Positions 31,910 through 41,364 of a stretch of 64,000 nt of DNA are shown in pieces. How positions within the stretch are numbered: position 1 is the first letter of the stretch; the number at the start of each line of letters is the position of its first letter. The stretch is taken from NCBI GenBank assembly GCA_963847415.1, contig CAWJZQ010000030.1, forward strand, positions 344,831 through 408,830, read 5' to 3'. The notes beneath the pieces are model-generated. The model saw only the letters and a list, made by a program, of their open reading frames with translations, had not been told where the DNA came from and ran no database searches. The translations under genes were made by a program, and so were the position numbers. The stretch comes from an uncultured Thermoleophilia bacterium. GTDB lineage: Bacteria; Actinomycetota; Thermoleophilia; Gaiellales; Gaiellaceae.

Positions 31910-32340
31910 GCGAGCGGCATCTGCGGGTCGCGAGCGCCGTCCTCGCCGCCGTCGGCCTCGCGATCACGACCTACCTCCTCTACGAGCGCTGGACCGGGGG
32001 CGCGCTCGCCTGCACCACCGGCGGCTGCGAGACGGTGCAGAAGTCGGCGTACGCCGAGACGTTCGGCGTGCCGGTTGCGCTGCTCGGCTTCCTCGGCTTC
32101 GTCGCGCTCTTCGCGAGCGCCGTCGCGCGCGGCGGCTGGGCACGGCTCGTGCAGGCGACGATCGCCCTCACCGCGGTCATGTTCGGCGCGTACCTGCTCT
32201 ACGAGCAGCTCGTCGTGATCGACGCGGTCTGCCAGTGGTGCCTGGCGAGCGACGTCGTCACGACCGTGCTCGCGATGCTCGCGCTGCTCCGCCTGCGCGT
32301 GACCGAATCGGCGACTACGCCACCGCGACGCCGACGCTGA
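31906..32340 (+). CDS. vitamin K epoxide reductase (VKOR) family protein
   Basis: ATG overlaps the DsbA stop (ATGA). Loop cysteines ACTTGGCETVQKS. Active site VIDAVCQWCLASD. Four TM helices. Confidence 0.8.
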   Translation: MSERHLRVASAVLAAVGLAITTYLLYERWTGGALACTTGGCETVQKSAYAETFGVPVALLGFLGFVALFASAVARGGWARLVQATIALTAVMFGAYLLYEQLVVIDAVCQWCLASDVVTTVLAMLALLRLRVTESATTPPRRRR

Positions 32341-34223
32341 CGATCGGCTGCGTCACGCCGCCCGCCGTCGCCTGCACGACGGCGACCAGCGTGTGTCCCG
32401 CGTCGGCAGCGGTGACGACGTACGTCGCTGCGACCGCGCCGGCGATCGTCGTGCACAGCCGCCCGTTCGCGTTGCAGCGCTGCCAGCGGTAGTTGTACGC
32501 CGTCGGCGTCTGGCTCCACGTGCCGGTGCCGACCTGCAGCGTCTGGCCGACGAGCGGGTTGCCGCTGATCACCGGCTGCACCGTCGAGTAGAGCGGCGAG
32601 GTCGTCGCGGCGACCGGGCCGACGAGGCTCGAGTAGGCGCTCGTCGTCCCGTTCGTGTCCGTCGCGCGCACGGTCAGCCCGAGCGTGGACGCGACGTCCT
32701 TCGGGACCTGCGTGTACGTCGCCTTCTTCGCACCGTGGATCGACGAGCAGTGCGCGCCCGCGGCGTCGCAGCGGTACCACTGGTAGGCGTACGCGATCGT
32801 GCCCGCGCCCGTCCACGTGCCCGCTCGCGGTCAGCTGCTTGCCCTGCTGGGCGACGCCCGCGACGGTCGGCCGCGCCGACGCGATCGGGCCGGTGGGCTT
32901 CGCGCTCACGTGCGCGACGACGCTCCACGTGCTCTGCGAGGCGCCGCCCGCTGTTGCCTGCACGACCGCGAGCACGCCGTGGTCCGCATCTGCCGCGGTC
33001 AGCGCGTAGCTTGCGGCGGTCGCGCCCGCGATCGCGACGCACAGACGGCCGTTCGCGTTGCAGCGCTGCCACTGGTACGCGTACGCCGTCGGCGTCTGGC
33101 TCCAGCTGCCGGCGCTCACCTGCAGCGCCTGCCCCGGCGCCGGCGTGCCGCTGATCGCAGGCTGCGCGGTCGAGTAGAGCGGCGAGCTCACGGCGCCCAC
33201 CGGGCCGATGAGGCTCGAGTACGCGCTCGTCGTCCCCTTCGAGTCGGTCGCGCGCACCGTCAGCCCGAGCAGCGAGGCGGCGTCCTTCGCGACCTCCGTG
33301 TAGGTCGGCCTCGTCGAGCCGTGGATCGACTTGCAGTGCGCGCCCGCGGCGTCGCAGCGGTACCACTGGTACGCGTACTTGATCTTCCCCGAGCCGGTCC
33401 ACGTGCCGGCGACGCCGGTCAGCTTCTTCGCTTGCACGGCCGGGCCGGTCGCCGTCGGCGACACGGTCGCGACCGGCCCGCCTGCGGCCGGCGGCGGGGT
33501 CGTGGGAGGCGGCGGGGGCGTCGCCGGGGCGCCGAGGCTCGCGGTCGCGCGGCTCAGGACTGCGCGCGTCGCGGACGCGGTCTTCGCCTGCACGATCGCG
33601 ACCAGCGCGTGCTTCGCATCGCGCGGGACGATCGTGTGCGAGGCAGTGATGTCGCCGGAGATCGGCGCGCACGCGCGCCCGTTCGCGTTGCAGCGGATCC
33701 ACTGGTATGCGAACGATTTCGGCGCAGGCGTCCACTTGCCGTTGTCGACCTTCACGCTGCCGCCGACGGCCGTCGTCGTGCCGGTCACGCCCGGCTGCAC
33801 GACCGAGACGAGCAGAGGCTTCCGACCGGCGATCGGGCCGATCAGCCCCGAGTAGCCGTTCGTCGCGCCGCTCGAGTCGGTCGCGCGTACGTCGACCGCG
33901 AGCGTGTGGCCGACGTCGGCGCCGGTGAGCTTGTGGCGCGGCGCGTTCGCACCCGCGAGCAGGAGGCAGCGCGCACCGAGCGGGTCGCAGCGGTGCCAGC
34001 GGTAGGCATAGCGGAGCGTGCCCCTGCCGCGCCACGAGCCCGCGGTCGCCGTCAGCGTCGCGCCCTGCGTCGCGCTGCCCGAGATCGTCGGCGCGGTCGC
34101 GAGCGTGGGGCCTGCGTCGACGGCTGCCCCCGCGGCTCCCGCGAGCAGCGCCAGCGCGAGCAACGCGGCGGGCAGGAAAGCCGTGCGGCGGCGAGAAGGT
34201 GCTGGGACGTCTGCCGGCGCCAC
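32315..34223 (-). CDS. secreted protein with six Ig-like repeats of two alternating subtypes (Y-x-Y-Q/R-W-x-R-C-x6-C motif; one 1-nt insertion near 32828)
   Basis: Signal RRRTAFLPAALLALALLAGAAGAAV. Subtype-A repeats carry YAYQWYRCDAAGAHC. Subtype-B repeats carry YAYQWQRCNANGRLC. A PPPPTTPPP linker follows repeat 2. Start proposed at GTG 34223. Confidence 0.7.
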
Positions 34224-34290
34224 ATATGACTGTTGCGCTGCCGGTGAGGGAACTCCTCCCCCGCCGATACGATCAAGGCCCGAGGCGCGA

Positions 34291-35451
34291 ATGCCCTTCT
34301 CCGTCAACCGCATGCGTCGGCTCCTCGTGTGGCTCGCACTCTGTGCCGCGTTCGTGGCAGTCGTCTCACCAGGCTCGGCTCCCGCGTCGCGACAGATGCT
34401 CGTCGGGCTGTTCGACGACGCGTCCACGTACGGCGCGCCGGCGACGACGTTCCCGCTCCTGCGCCGGCTGCACGTGCAGGTCGTGCGCATGACGCTGACG
34501 TGGGGCGGACGCGACGGCGTCGCGAACGACCGGCCCGCGCACCCGAACGACCCGGCAGATCCCGCGTACCACTGGGCGCGCTACGACCAGGCGGTGCTCG
34601 CCGCGACACGTGCCGGCATCCAGGTGCTGTTCACCATCCTCGGGACTCCGGACTGGGCGAACGGCAAGAAGGGCACGCGCGTCGCGCCGACCTCGCCGGT
34701 GCCGCTGCGCCAGTTTGCAGGCGCCGCGGCGCTGCGCTACAGCGGGACGTATCTCGACACCGCGAGTGGGCGCATCCTGCCGCGCGTCGCTCTGTGGCTC
34801 GCCTGGAACGAGCCGAACAACAACGTCTTCCTGAAGCCGCAGTTCGCACGCGTGCACGGCAGCTGGCACTTCGCAGCCGCGGAGGCGTACGCGCGCATCT
34901 GCAACGCCGTCTATACCGGCGTGCACTCGGTCGGCGGGCCGGAGCGTGTCGCGTGCGGCGCGACCGCGCCGCGCGGCTTCAACGACCCGCACGCGGCGCG
35001 CCCCTCGACGGCGCCGATCGCGTTCATCCGGGCTGCGAAGAAGGCCGGGCTGCGCACGTTCGACGCATGGGCGCACCATCCGTACTACTCCTTCCCGCGG
35101 GAGACTCCGACCACCAGGCTCAGCGACCCGCACGGAGTCGGCTTCGGCGACATCGACCGGCTGACGGGTGTCATCACGCAGTTGTACGGCTCCAAGCCTC
35201 TCTGGATCACCGAGTATGGCTACCAGACCAATCCACCGGACACGTTCTACGGCGTCAGCTACAAGGCGCAAGCGGCGTACCTCCAGGAGGCGTACAGGAT
35301 CGCCCGCGCGAATCCTCGCATCGACCTCCTCACCTGGTTCCTGCTCAGGGACAGCCGCGCGCTCGCCGAGTGGCAATCCGGCCTGATGACCGTCAACGGA
35401 CGCGCCAAGCCGGCGTTCGCGACCTTCGCGGGCCTGCGCGCCGGCACCTGA
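34291..35451 (+). CDS. secreted TIM-barrel glycoside-hydrolase-like protein (GH5/GH39-like clan A signature)
   Basis: Intact ORF with signal MRRLLVWLALCAAFVAVVSPGSAPA. LWLAWNEPNN is the acid/base NEP motif. PLWITEYGYQT is the nucleophile TE motif. Confidence 0.6.
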   Translation: MPFSVNRMRRLLVWLALCAAFVAVVSPGSAPASRQMLVGLFDDASTYGAPATTFPLLRRLHVQVVRMTLTWGGRDGVANDRPAHPNDPADPAYHWARYDQAVLAATRAGIQVLFTILGTPDWANGKKGTRVAPTSPVPLRQFAGAAALRYSGTYLDTASGRILPRVALWLAWNEPNNNVFLKPQFARVHGSWHFAAAEAYARICNAVYTGVHSVGGPERVACGATAPRGFNDPHAARPSTAPIAFIRAAKKAGLRTFDAWAHHPYYSFPRETPTTRLSDPHGVGFGDIDRLTGVITQLYGSKPLWITEYGYQTNPPDTFYGVSYKAQAAYLQEAYRIARANPRIDLLTWFLLRDSRALAEWQSGLMTVNGRAKPAFATFAGLRAGT

Positions 35452-35502
35452 TCACCCCGCGAGGATGATGCGCCCAGAGGCGGCGCAACGTTCAATCGTC
35501 CG

Positions 35503-35946
35503 ATGACCCCGCGCCGTGTCCTCCTTCTTCTCGCGCTCGCAGGCGCCCTCGCGGGCTGCGGCGGCAGCAGCAGCAGCTCGAGCTCGGACCCGAGCTCGAA
35601 GGACTACGACCCCGCGCACACGACGCTGACGGATGCCGGCCTCGAGGTCTGCAGCGAGGGCCAGAAAGACATCGGCGCCCAGTTGACGCAGATACCGGGC
35701 GTCGCGATGACGCGCACGTTCGACGTGGCGAAGAGCTGCAACGGTGCGACCAACACGCCCAACGAGATGACCCTCTTCCAGTTCACGAACAAGGACGACT
35801 TCGCCTCCGGCACACGCACGATCAAGGCCGCGGCCCCGAAGGCCGCAGTCTACGAGCAGTATCCGATCGTCATCACCTCGAGCGGCCCGAACGGGCAGGA
35901 GAACCTCGACGCGGTCAAGGCGCAGCTGCCGAAGACGTCGGGCTAG
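35503..35946 (+). CDS. lipoprotein, unknown function
   Basis: Lipobox LLLALAGALAGCGGSSSSSSS. 147 aa, intact. Confidence 0.6.
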   Translation: MTPRRVLLLLALAGALAGCGGSSSSSSSDPSSKDYDPAHTTLTDAGLEVCSEGQKDIGAQLTQIPGVAMTRTFDVAKSCNGATNTPNEMTLFQFTNKDDFASGTRTIKAAAPKAAVYEQYPIVITSSGPNGQENLDAVKAQLPKTSG

Positions 35947-36662
35947 CCGACCGGGTGCCGCATCCAGAAGTTCGGCTCGACGTAGACCCCGCGGCCGTCG
36001 CGGAACTCGACCGGCACGAGCCCGCCCGGCACGACGTAGTCGCCGTCCTGCGGGAACGTCATGCCGGTCCACGTCTCCCACTCCTCGCGTGAGCCCTCGA
36101 TGCGCATCGAGGCCGGGCAGGTCCCGAGCGGCGCTGCGCCGAGGCGGGCGTGCACGCGCAGCCACGGGTCGAACGGCAGTCCGTCCCCGCGGGTCCACCG
36201 CGCGTACTGCTCCATGGGGATCAGCGGGTAGCGGTCTTTCCACGTCGGGCGCACCGGCGCGATCAACGAGGAGAACCCTTCGCGTGCCGCGACGTCGCGC
36301 ATGCCGCGGATCAGCAGGCTCGAGAGGCCGCGGCCGTTGTGCCTGCTGTCGACGACGGCGACCATCGCCGAGAGAACGTCCGGCTCCGGGCGGGGCCGCT
36401 CGCCGAACCACCGCTCGAGCATGTCGTCGATCCCGCCGGGAAGCCCCTCAGCCTCGCGCGCGGGCAGTGTCCGCGCGTGACCGACGACAGCGTCGCTCTC
36501 GTCGTCCCACATGATCAGCTGCAGCTCGGGCAGCTCGGTGCGCAGCTTGCCCCAGTGCTCGACCGCGATCTGGCCGTGCCCGGTGAACTCCGGCAGCGCG
36601 TCGCGTACCTCGCCGGTCCGGGCCGCGAGATCTGGACGCTCCGCGTACGTGAAGACGCGCAA
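35943..36662 (-). CDS. GNAT-like N-acetyltransferase family protein
   Basis: Intact 239-aa ORF with the acetyl-CoA-binding-type segment VAVVDSRHNGRGLSSLLIRGMRDVAAREGFSSLIAPVRP. Confidence 0.6.
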   Translation of the reverse strand: MRVFTYAERPDLAARTGEVRDALPEFTGHGQIAVEHWGKLRTELPELQLIMWDDESDAVVGHARTLPAREAEGLPGGIDDMLERWFGERPRPEPDVLSAMVAVVDSRHNGRGLSSLLIRGMRDVAAREGFSSLIAPVRPTWKDRYPLIPMEQYARWTRGDGLPFDPWLRVHARLGAAPLGTCPASMRIEGSREEWETWTGMTFPQDGDYVVPGGLVPVEFRDGRGVYVEPNFWMRHPVG

Positions 36663-36665
36663 CGC

Positions 36666-36977
36666 TCAGTCGACCGCGCGCTGCGGCACTTCGAACAACG
36701 ACACCTCGTAGTCCTCGAGCGCGAGCCGGCTCGCTCCCGAGGCGTCGGCCGCGAGCGCGCTCAGCCGGTCGCCCGCCGCCGCGCTCTGCTCGAGCGACTC
36801 CTCGTCCGCCCACAGCGTGAGCACGAGCGCCTTGCCCGAGCTGCGGTCGACGAGGCCGATCAGCCCGCAGAAGCCGCTGCTCTCGCGAGCCCAGGGCAGC
36901 AGCTCGTCACGCACGAGCTCGAGACCGACCTCGTACTGCGCCGGCGTGGTGTCGAGTGTGTGTAGCCGCGCGAACAT
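36666..36977 (-). CDS. small ABM/Dabb-fold-like protein
   Basis: About 103 aa from MFARLHTL..., reading GFCGLIGLVDRSSGKALVLTLWADEESL. The assignment by pattern is only weak. Confidence 0.4.
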   Translation of the reverse strand: MFARLHTLDTTPAQYEVGLELVRDELLPWARESSGFCGLIGLVDRSSGKALVLTLWADEESLEQSAAAGDRLSALAADASGASRLALEDYEVSLFEVPQRAVD

Positions 36978-37075
36978 GTCTCTCCGCATCGTAGAACCTA
37001 GATGCCTCTTAAGCATTTGCTGTGAGTGGCGCCTCGCAGGTCCTAAAACCGTCCGCAGCGGGTACTACTGGTGAC

Positions 37076-38086
37076 GTGAGGCATTCGAGGGCTCTGCTGC
37101 TCACTCTGGCCTGTCTGGCCGTCGTCGCCGCGACGGTCGCGGGTCTCGCCCGCGCGCGCTCCGGCGCCTCGAGCGACGGCGTGGTCGTGATCATGACGCA
37201 GCTCGGCTTCCAGGGCGGCGCCGCCGCAGGGACCGGGATGGTGCTCACGTCCTCGGGACGCGTGCTGACGAACAACCACGTGATCGCGGGCGCGACGTCC
37301 GTGCGCGTGACGGTGCCGAAGACCCATCGTTCGTACACCGCGCATGTCGTCGGCTACGACGTCGCAGACGACGTTGCGGTGCTGAAGCTCGACGGCGCGT
37401 CCGGGCTCGCGACGGTTACGCGTGGCAGCTCGTCGGTCGCCGTCGGCGACTCCGTGACTGCGGTCGGGAACGCCGGCGGCAGCGGCTCGATCACGACGTC
37501 CGGCGGGAAGGTGACCAGGGTCGGGGAGACGATCAGCGTGCGCGACGACCACGGGCGCGTCGAAGAGCTCACCGACCTGATCCAGGCGAGCACCCGCGTG
37601 CAGCCCGGCGACTCCGGCGGCGCCCTCCTCGACGGCAACGGCCGCGTGGTCGGGATGATCACCGCGGCGTCGGGCTCGCGTCGCTTCCGGTTCGACGGCG
37701 CGTCGTCGAACGCGGCGTTCGCGATCCGGATCGCGAAGGCGTCCGGGATCGCACAGCAGATCGTCGCCGGCCGCAGGTCGGCCGTCGTCCACATCGGGCC
37801 GACGGCGTTCCTGGGCGTGTCGGTCGGCGCCGTCGACGGCAGCTCGCCCGCGACGTCGGGTGCGCTGATCGCCGGCGTCGTGCCGGACGGCCCCGCCGAC
37901 TCGGCCGGGCTCGCAGCCGGCGACGTGATCACGACGGTCGCCGGCAAGCCCGTCGCGGCGCCGTCGGACATCAGCACGATCCTGCTGACGAAGAAGCCGG
38001 GCACGCGTATCGCGGTCGCCTACGTCGAGCGCTCGGGCGCGAGGCACACGGCGACGGTGACGCTCGGGAGCGGTCCTCCTCAGTAG
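37076..38086 (+). CDS. S1C (HtrA-like) trypsin-type serine protease with C-terminal PDZ domain
   Basis: TM/signal LLLTLACLAVVAATVAGLA. Catalytic triad context TNNHVI (His), DVAVLKL (Asp) and QPGDSGGALLD (Ser). PDZ-like segment GALIAGVVPDGPADSAGLAAGDVITTVAGKPV. Confidence 0.8.
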   Translation: MRHSRALLLTLACLAVVAATVAGLARARSGASSDGVVVIMTQLGFQGGAAAGTGMVLTSSGRVLTNNHVIAGATSVRVTVPKTHRSYTAHVVGYDVADDVAVLKLDGASGLATVTRGSSSVAVGDSVTAVGNAGGSGSITTSGGKVTRVGETISVRDDHGRVEELTDLIQASTRVQPGDSGGALLDGNGRVVGMITAASGSRRFRFDGASSNAAFAIRIAKASGIAQQIVAGRRSAVVHIGPTAFLGVSVGAVDGSSPATSGALIAGVVPDGPADSAGLAAGDVITTVAGKPVAAPSDISTILLTKKPGTRIAVAYVERSGARHTATVTLGSGPPQ

Positions 38087-38715
38087 CGGTCGCCGTAGGT
38101 GCGCCACGACACGGGCGCGCTCCATGGGACTGCGCACGCACGCACGAGATCGTCTCCGAACTCGCGGTTGATGCTCGAGCCGAGGCGTGCGATGTCGTCG
38201 CCGTACACGTGGATCGAGATCGCGATGCCGTCACCGGCGTTCTCGACGCAATGGATGTCCTCGTCCGGCGGCACGAGCACGGACACCTGGCCGCGCGAGG
38301 CGACCGCGGAACTGCGTTGCACGAGGTACGGCTCGCCGTCCTCGTCGTGCAGGTCGTACGACGTCTCGCGCTCGAGGCCGCGCCAGACGCCGACGACGCA
38401 CCAGCAGCGGTGGTCGTGGATCGCCGTCGCCTGCCCGGGCTTCCAGACGAGCGCGACGATCGAGTAGCGCCCGGCCGGATGCACGTGCACGAGATGCGGG
38501 CGGTAGCGGTCCTCCCAGGGCTCGCAGTGGCGCGGCTCGAGGAGCAGGGGGTCGGCGAGGGCGTGCTGCAGCAGCATGCCGACGCGACCGGCGACGATGT
38601 ACGGCTCGCTGTGCGACGCGACCAGCGCGTCGAGCGAGCGGGTCAGGTGGCGCAGCGCGCGCGTGCGTCCAACCGGGCGCGGCACCTCGTTCAGCCGTTC
38701 GTATGCGTGTGCCAT
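38080..38715 (-). CDS. cysteine dioxygenase-like cupin protein
   Basis: YSIVALVWKPGQATAIHDHRCWCVVGVWRGLERE...DIHCVENAGDGIAISIHVYG is the cupin His pattern. Start taken at MAHAYERL. Confidence 0.55.
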   Translation of the reverse strand: MAHAYERLNEVPRPVGRTRALRHLTRSLDALVASHSEPYIVAGRVGMLLQHALADPLLLEPRHCEPWEDRYRPHLVHVHPAGRYSIVALVWKPGQATAIHDHRCWCVVGVWRGLERETSYDLHDEDGEPYLVQRSSAVASRGQVSVLVPPDEDIHCVENAGDGIAISIHVYGDDIARLGSSINREFGDDLVRACAVPWSAPVSWRTYGDRY

Positions 38716-38827
38716 GCGGCGAGTCTGCGGGTGCGCGCGCCGCGCCACGTCGGCCGCGCGACCGAGATCGCGTCGCTCCTGCGAACGAACATCGTCCCGT
38801 CCCTCGGGACGAGACTTGCGAGTGAGG

Positions 38828-39241
38828 CTAGTCGAGGCTCTCGGCGTTGAGCTCGATCATGTGCCCGTCCGGATCGACGATGTAGATCTGTGGATAGCCG
38901 GTGATCGCCTGCGGTCGCACGATCATCGCGTGCGGGTCATCCGCGTCCGCCTCGGCGCTGTAGCCCTGCGCCTCGAGATGCTCGAGCGCGCCGCGGAAGC
39001 TCGCGACGCGAACGGCCAGGTGCACGTCGCCGGGATCGACACCTTTGCCGTCCCGGTACGTCGGGTCGTCGGGGTCGCCGATCAGGTGCAACTGCCCGTC
39101 GCCGAACGTGAACCAGGCGCCGGGGAAGGGGAACGGCGGACGCTCGATCTCGGTCAGGCCGAGCACCGTGACGTAGAACCCGCGCGAGCGCTCGACGTCC
39201 GCGACGGGGATGCTGATGTGGTGCAGCGCGGTGCTTTTCAT
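38828..39241 (-). CDS. VOC (glyoxalase/bleomycin-resistance/dioxygenase) family protein
   Basis: 137 aa: LHHISIPVADVERSRGFYVTVLGL...HLAVRVASFRGALEHLEAQG...IYIVDPDGHMIEL. Confidence 0.8.
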   Translation of the reverse strand: MKSTALHHISIPVADVERSRGFYVTVLGLTEIERPPFPFPGAWFTFGDGQLHLIGDPDDPTYRDGKGVDPGDVHLAVRVASFRGALEHLEAQGYSAEADADDPHAMIVRPQAITGYPQIYIVDPDGHMIELNAESLD

Positions 39242-39266
39242 GCGCCGCGATTCTCGCACGGCATCC

Positions 39267-39294
39267 GGGGCCTCCCGGGGGGATGGGAGGCCCC
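39267..39294 (-). terminator. hairpin GGGGCCTCCC-N8-GGGAGGCCCC downstream of the RTX-like gene
   Basis: Perfect 10-bp stem 13 nt after the stop at 39307 (minus strand). Confidence 0.5.
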
Positions 39295-39306
39295 GAAACC
39301 TGTCCG

Positions 39307-41244
39307 CTACTCGCCGGTGCCGAGATCGACGACCGGCGCGAGCAACCCGCTCACGCCCGGCTCGACGCTGACGTCGTCGTCGCCGTCGAGCGTCTGGATG
39401 TGGAGCGTGTCCAGCGTGGGCTCTCCGCCGAAGATCGTCGTCTGCGCAGCCAGCCCGGCGACGAAGACCGCAGTGGCGAAGCTCGTCACCTCGACCTGAT
39501 CGGAGCGCGGGGTTCCGTCGACGACGATCGTGTCGGCCTGGCCGTCGCCGGTGCCGCCGGCCGCGCCCAGGTCGACGTTGACCGCGCGAACCTTGGTGGC
39601 GGAGAGGTCGCCGACCGTGAACGTGTCGGCGCCGCCGAGCAGGCGCACGTCTACCGACTCGACGCCGTCGACGTCCATCGTGATCGCGGCGACGTTGCGC
39701 GTCAGCCGCAGCCGCGAGCCGTTCGCCGCGAGCTCGATCTGCTCGCCGATGTTCGAGCCGTTGAAGTCGAGCGTGTCGCGCCCGTTCTGTCCCTCGACGA
39801 CGTCGCTGCCGTCGCCGGGATCCCACTGGAAGTGGTCGTTGCCCGAGCCGAGCAGCGCGCGGTCTGCGCCGATGTTGCCGTCAACGAAGTCGGCGCCGGG
39901 GCCTGCGATCAGCGTGTCGGCTCCGTCGCCGCCGCGGATCGTGTCCGCGCCCGCGCCGCCGTCGAGCGTGAGCGTCGTGATCGTGGCGATGCCGTTGCCG
40001 GCTCCGATCGTGTCGTCACCGTCCAGCCCGCTGACCACGAGGCTCTCGACGGTGGGCTCGGTGTCGACGAGCACGGAGCCCGGCGCGAAGGTCGCGGCTG
40101 CGGTGCCGTTGCGCGCGACCTGGATCTGGTCGTCGACCGCCGTGCCGGTGTAGCGCGTCGTGTCGTCTCCTTCACCGCCGTCGAAGTCGACGGTCGGCCC
40201 GCTGACGCCGACGACGGCCGAGAGCGTGTCGTCGCCCGCGTCTCCTGCGACGGCGACGGTGTCGAGGGCCGGCTCGCCGCCCGTCACCCGCGTCTGCGCC
40301 GCGGCTCCGGAGACGACGAGCGCGCCAGAGGTGTTGCCGAGCGTGAACTTGTCCGCGCCCGCAGTGCCGTGCACAGCGACGGTGTCGGCTGCAGAGTCGC
40401 CGCCGCCTCCTGTCGCACTCAGGTCTGCGTCGACGGTCTTGACGTCGGTGCCGTCGAGGTCGCCGACGGTGAGCGTGTCGGCGCTGCCGAGCAGCCGCAG
40501 CGCGACGGTCTCGACGCCGTCGGTGTCCATGGTGATCGCGGCGACGTCCCGCGTCAGCCGCACCCGCCGCCCGTCCGCCGCGAGCGCGATCCGCTCGGCC
40601 GCGTTCGAGCCGTTGAACTCGAGCCGGTCGCGGCCGCCCTGGCCGCCGTCGATGGTGTCGCTGCCGTCGCCGGGATCCCACTGGAACCGGTCGTCGCCTG
40701 CGCCGAGCCGCGCCTGGTCGGCGCCGATGTTGCCGTCGACGAAGTCGTCGCCCGGCCCGCCCTCGAAGACGTCCGCGCCGCTGCCGCCGATCAGCGTGTC
40801 GTCGCCCGAGCCGCCGTCGATCGTCACGGTCTCGTCCGTGAACGGCCCGCCGCTCTGGTCGACGCGCACGTCGTCGTCGCCGCCGCCCGCGTCGACGTCG
40901 ATCGCGGTGAACGTGCTGCGGTCGAAGGAGAAGTCCGCGCTGCCGTCCTCGCCGACGTCGACCTGAAGCGTCGTCGGTGACGTGCCCTGCAGGCGCAGCG
41001 CGAGCTTGTCGCTCGCGCCGTCACCGTTGATGCGCAGCGTGCCGTTCTGCACGCTCGCCTTGTAGGCGGCGTGCGCGGGGCTCGAGCCGAATGCGAGCAG
41101 CAGCGCGAGGAAGGCCGCGCTCAGCGCGATCACGACGATCGGTCTCGGCTCGACCTTGCCGATCGACGACGTGGCCGCCGGCGCCTGGCTCGTGAGCGGC
41201 CGGGCCTCGCGGCGGCGGCGCTGGCGGCGGATGAGCTTCTTCAT
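39307..41244 (-). CDS. secreted calcium-binding protein with RTX/hemolysin-type GGxGxD repeats and an internal about 215-aa duplication
   Basis: Intact 645-aa ORF. TM/signal IVVIALSAAFLALLLAFGSSPAHA. GGSGDDTLIGGSGADVFEGGPGDDFVDGNIGAD...FQWDPGDGSD occurs twice (second copy GGAGADTIRGGDGADTLIAGPGADFVDGNIGAD...FQWDPGDGSD). Confidence 0.8.
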   Translation of the reverse strand: MKKLIRRQRRRREARPLTSQAPAATSSIGKVEPRPIVVIALSAAFLALLLAFGSSPAHAAYKASVQNGTLRINGDGASDKLALRLQGTSPTTLQVDVGEDGSADFSFDRSTFTAIDVDAGGGDDDVRVDQSGGPFTDETVTIDGGSGDDTLIGGSGADVFEGGPGDDFVDGNIGADQARLGAGDDRFQWDPGDGSDTIDGGQGGRDRLEFNGSNAAERIALAADGRRVRLTRDVAAITMDTDGVETVALRLLGSADTLTVGDLDGTDVKTVDADLSATGGGGDSAADTVAVHGTAGADKFTLGNTSGALVVSGAAAQTRVTGGEPALDTVAVAGDAGDDTLSAVVGVSGPTVDFDGGEGDDTTRYTGTAVDDQIQVARNGTAAATFAPGSVLVDTEPTVESLVVSGLDGDDTIGAGNGIATITTLTLDGGAGADTIRGGDGADTLIAGPGADFVDGNIGADRALLGSGNDHFQWDPGDGSDVVEGQNGRDTLDFNGSNIGEQIELAANGSRLRLTRNVAAITMDVDGVESVDVRLLGGADTFTVGDLSATKVRAVNVDLGAAGGTGDGQADTIVVDGTPRSDQVEVTSFATAVFVAGLAAQTTIFGGEPTLDTLHIQTLDGDDDVSVEPGVSGLLAPVVDLGTGE

Positions 41245-41364
41245 GGTTTCCTTTCGGCAAGGTGCGACCCCTCACCTGAAGGGAAACGGACCGACCGCTC
41301 GATCCCGCGGATGATTTGCGTCGTCCGCGAGGAGGAGAAGTGACAGTCGTATCCTGGAACGGTC

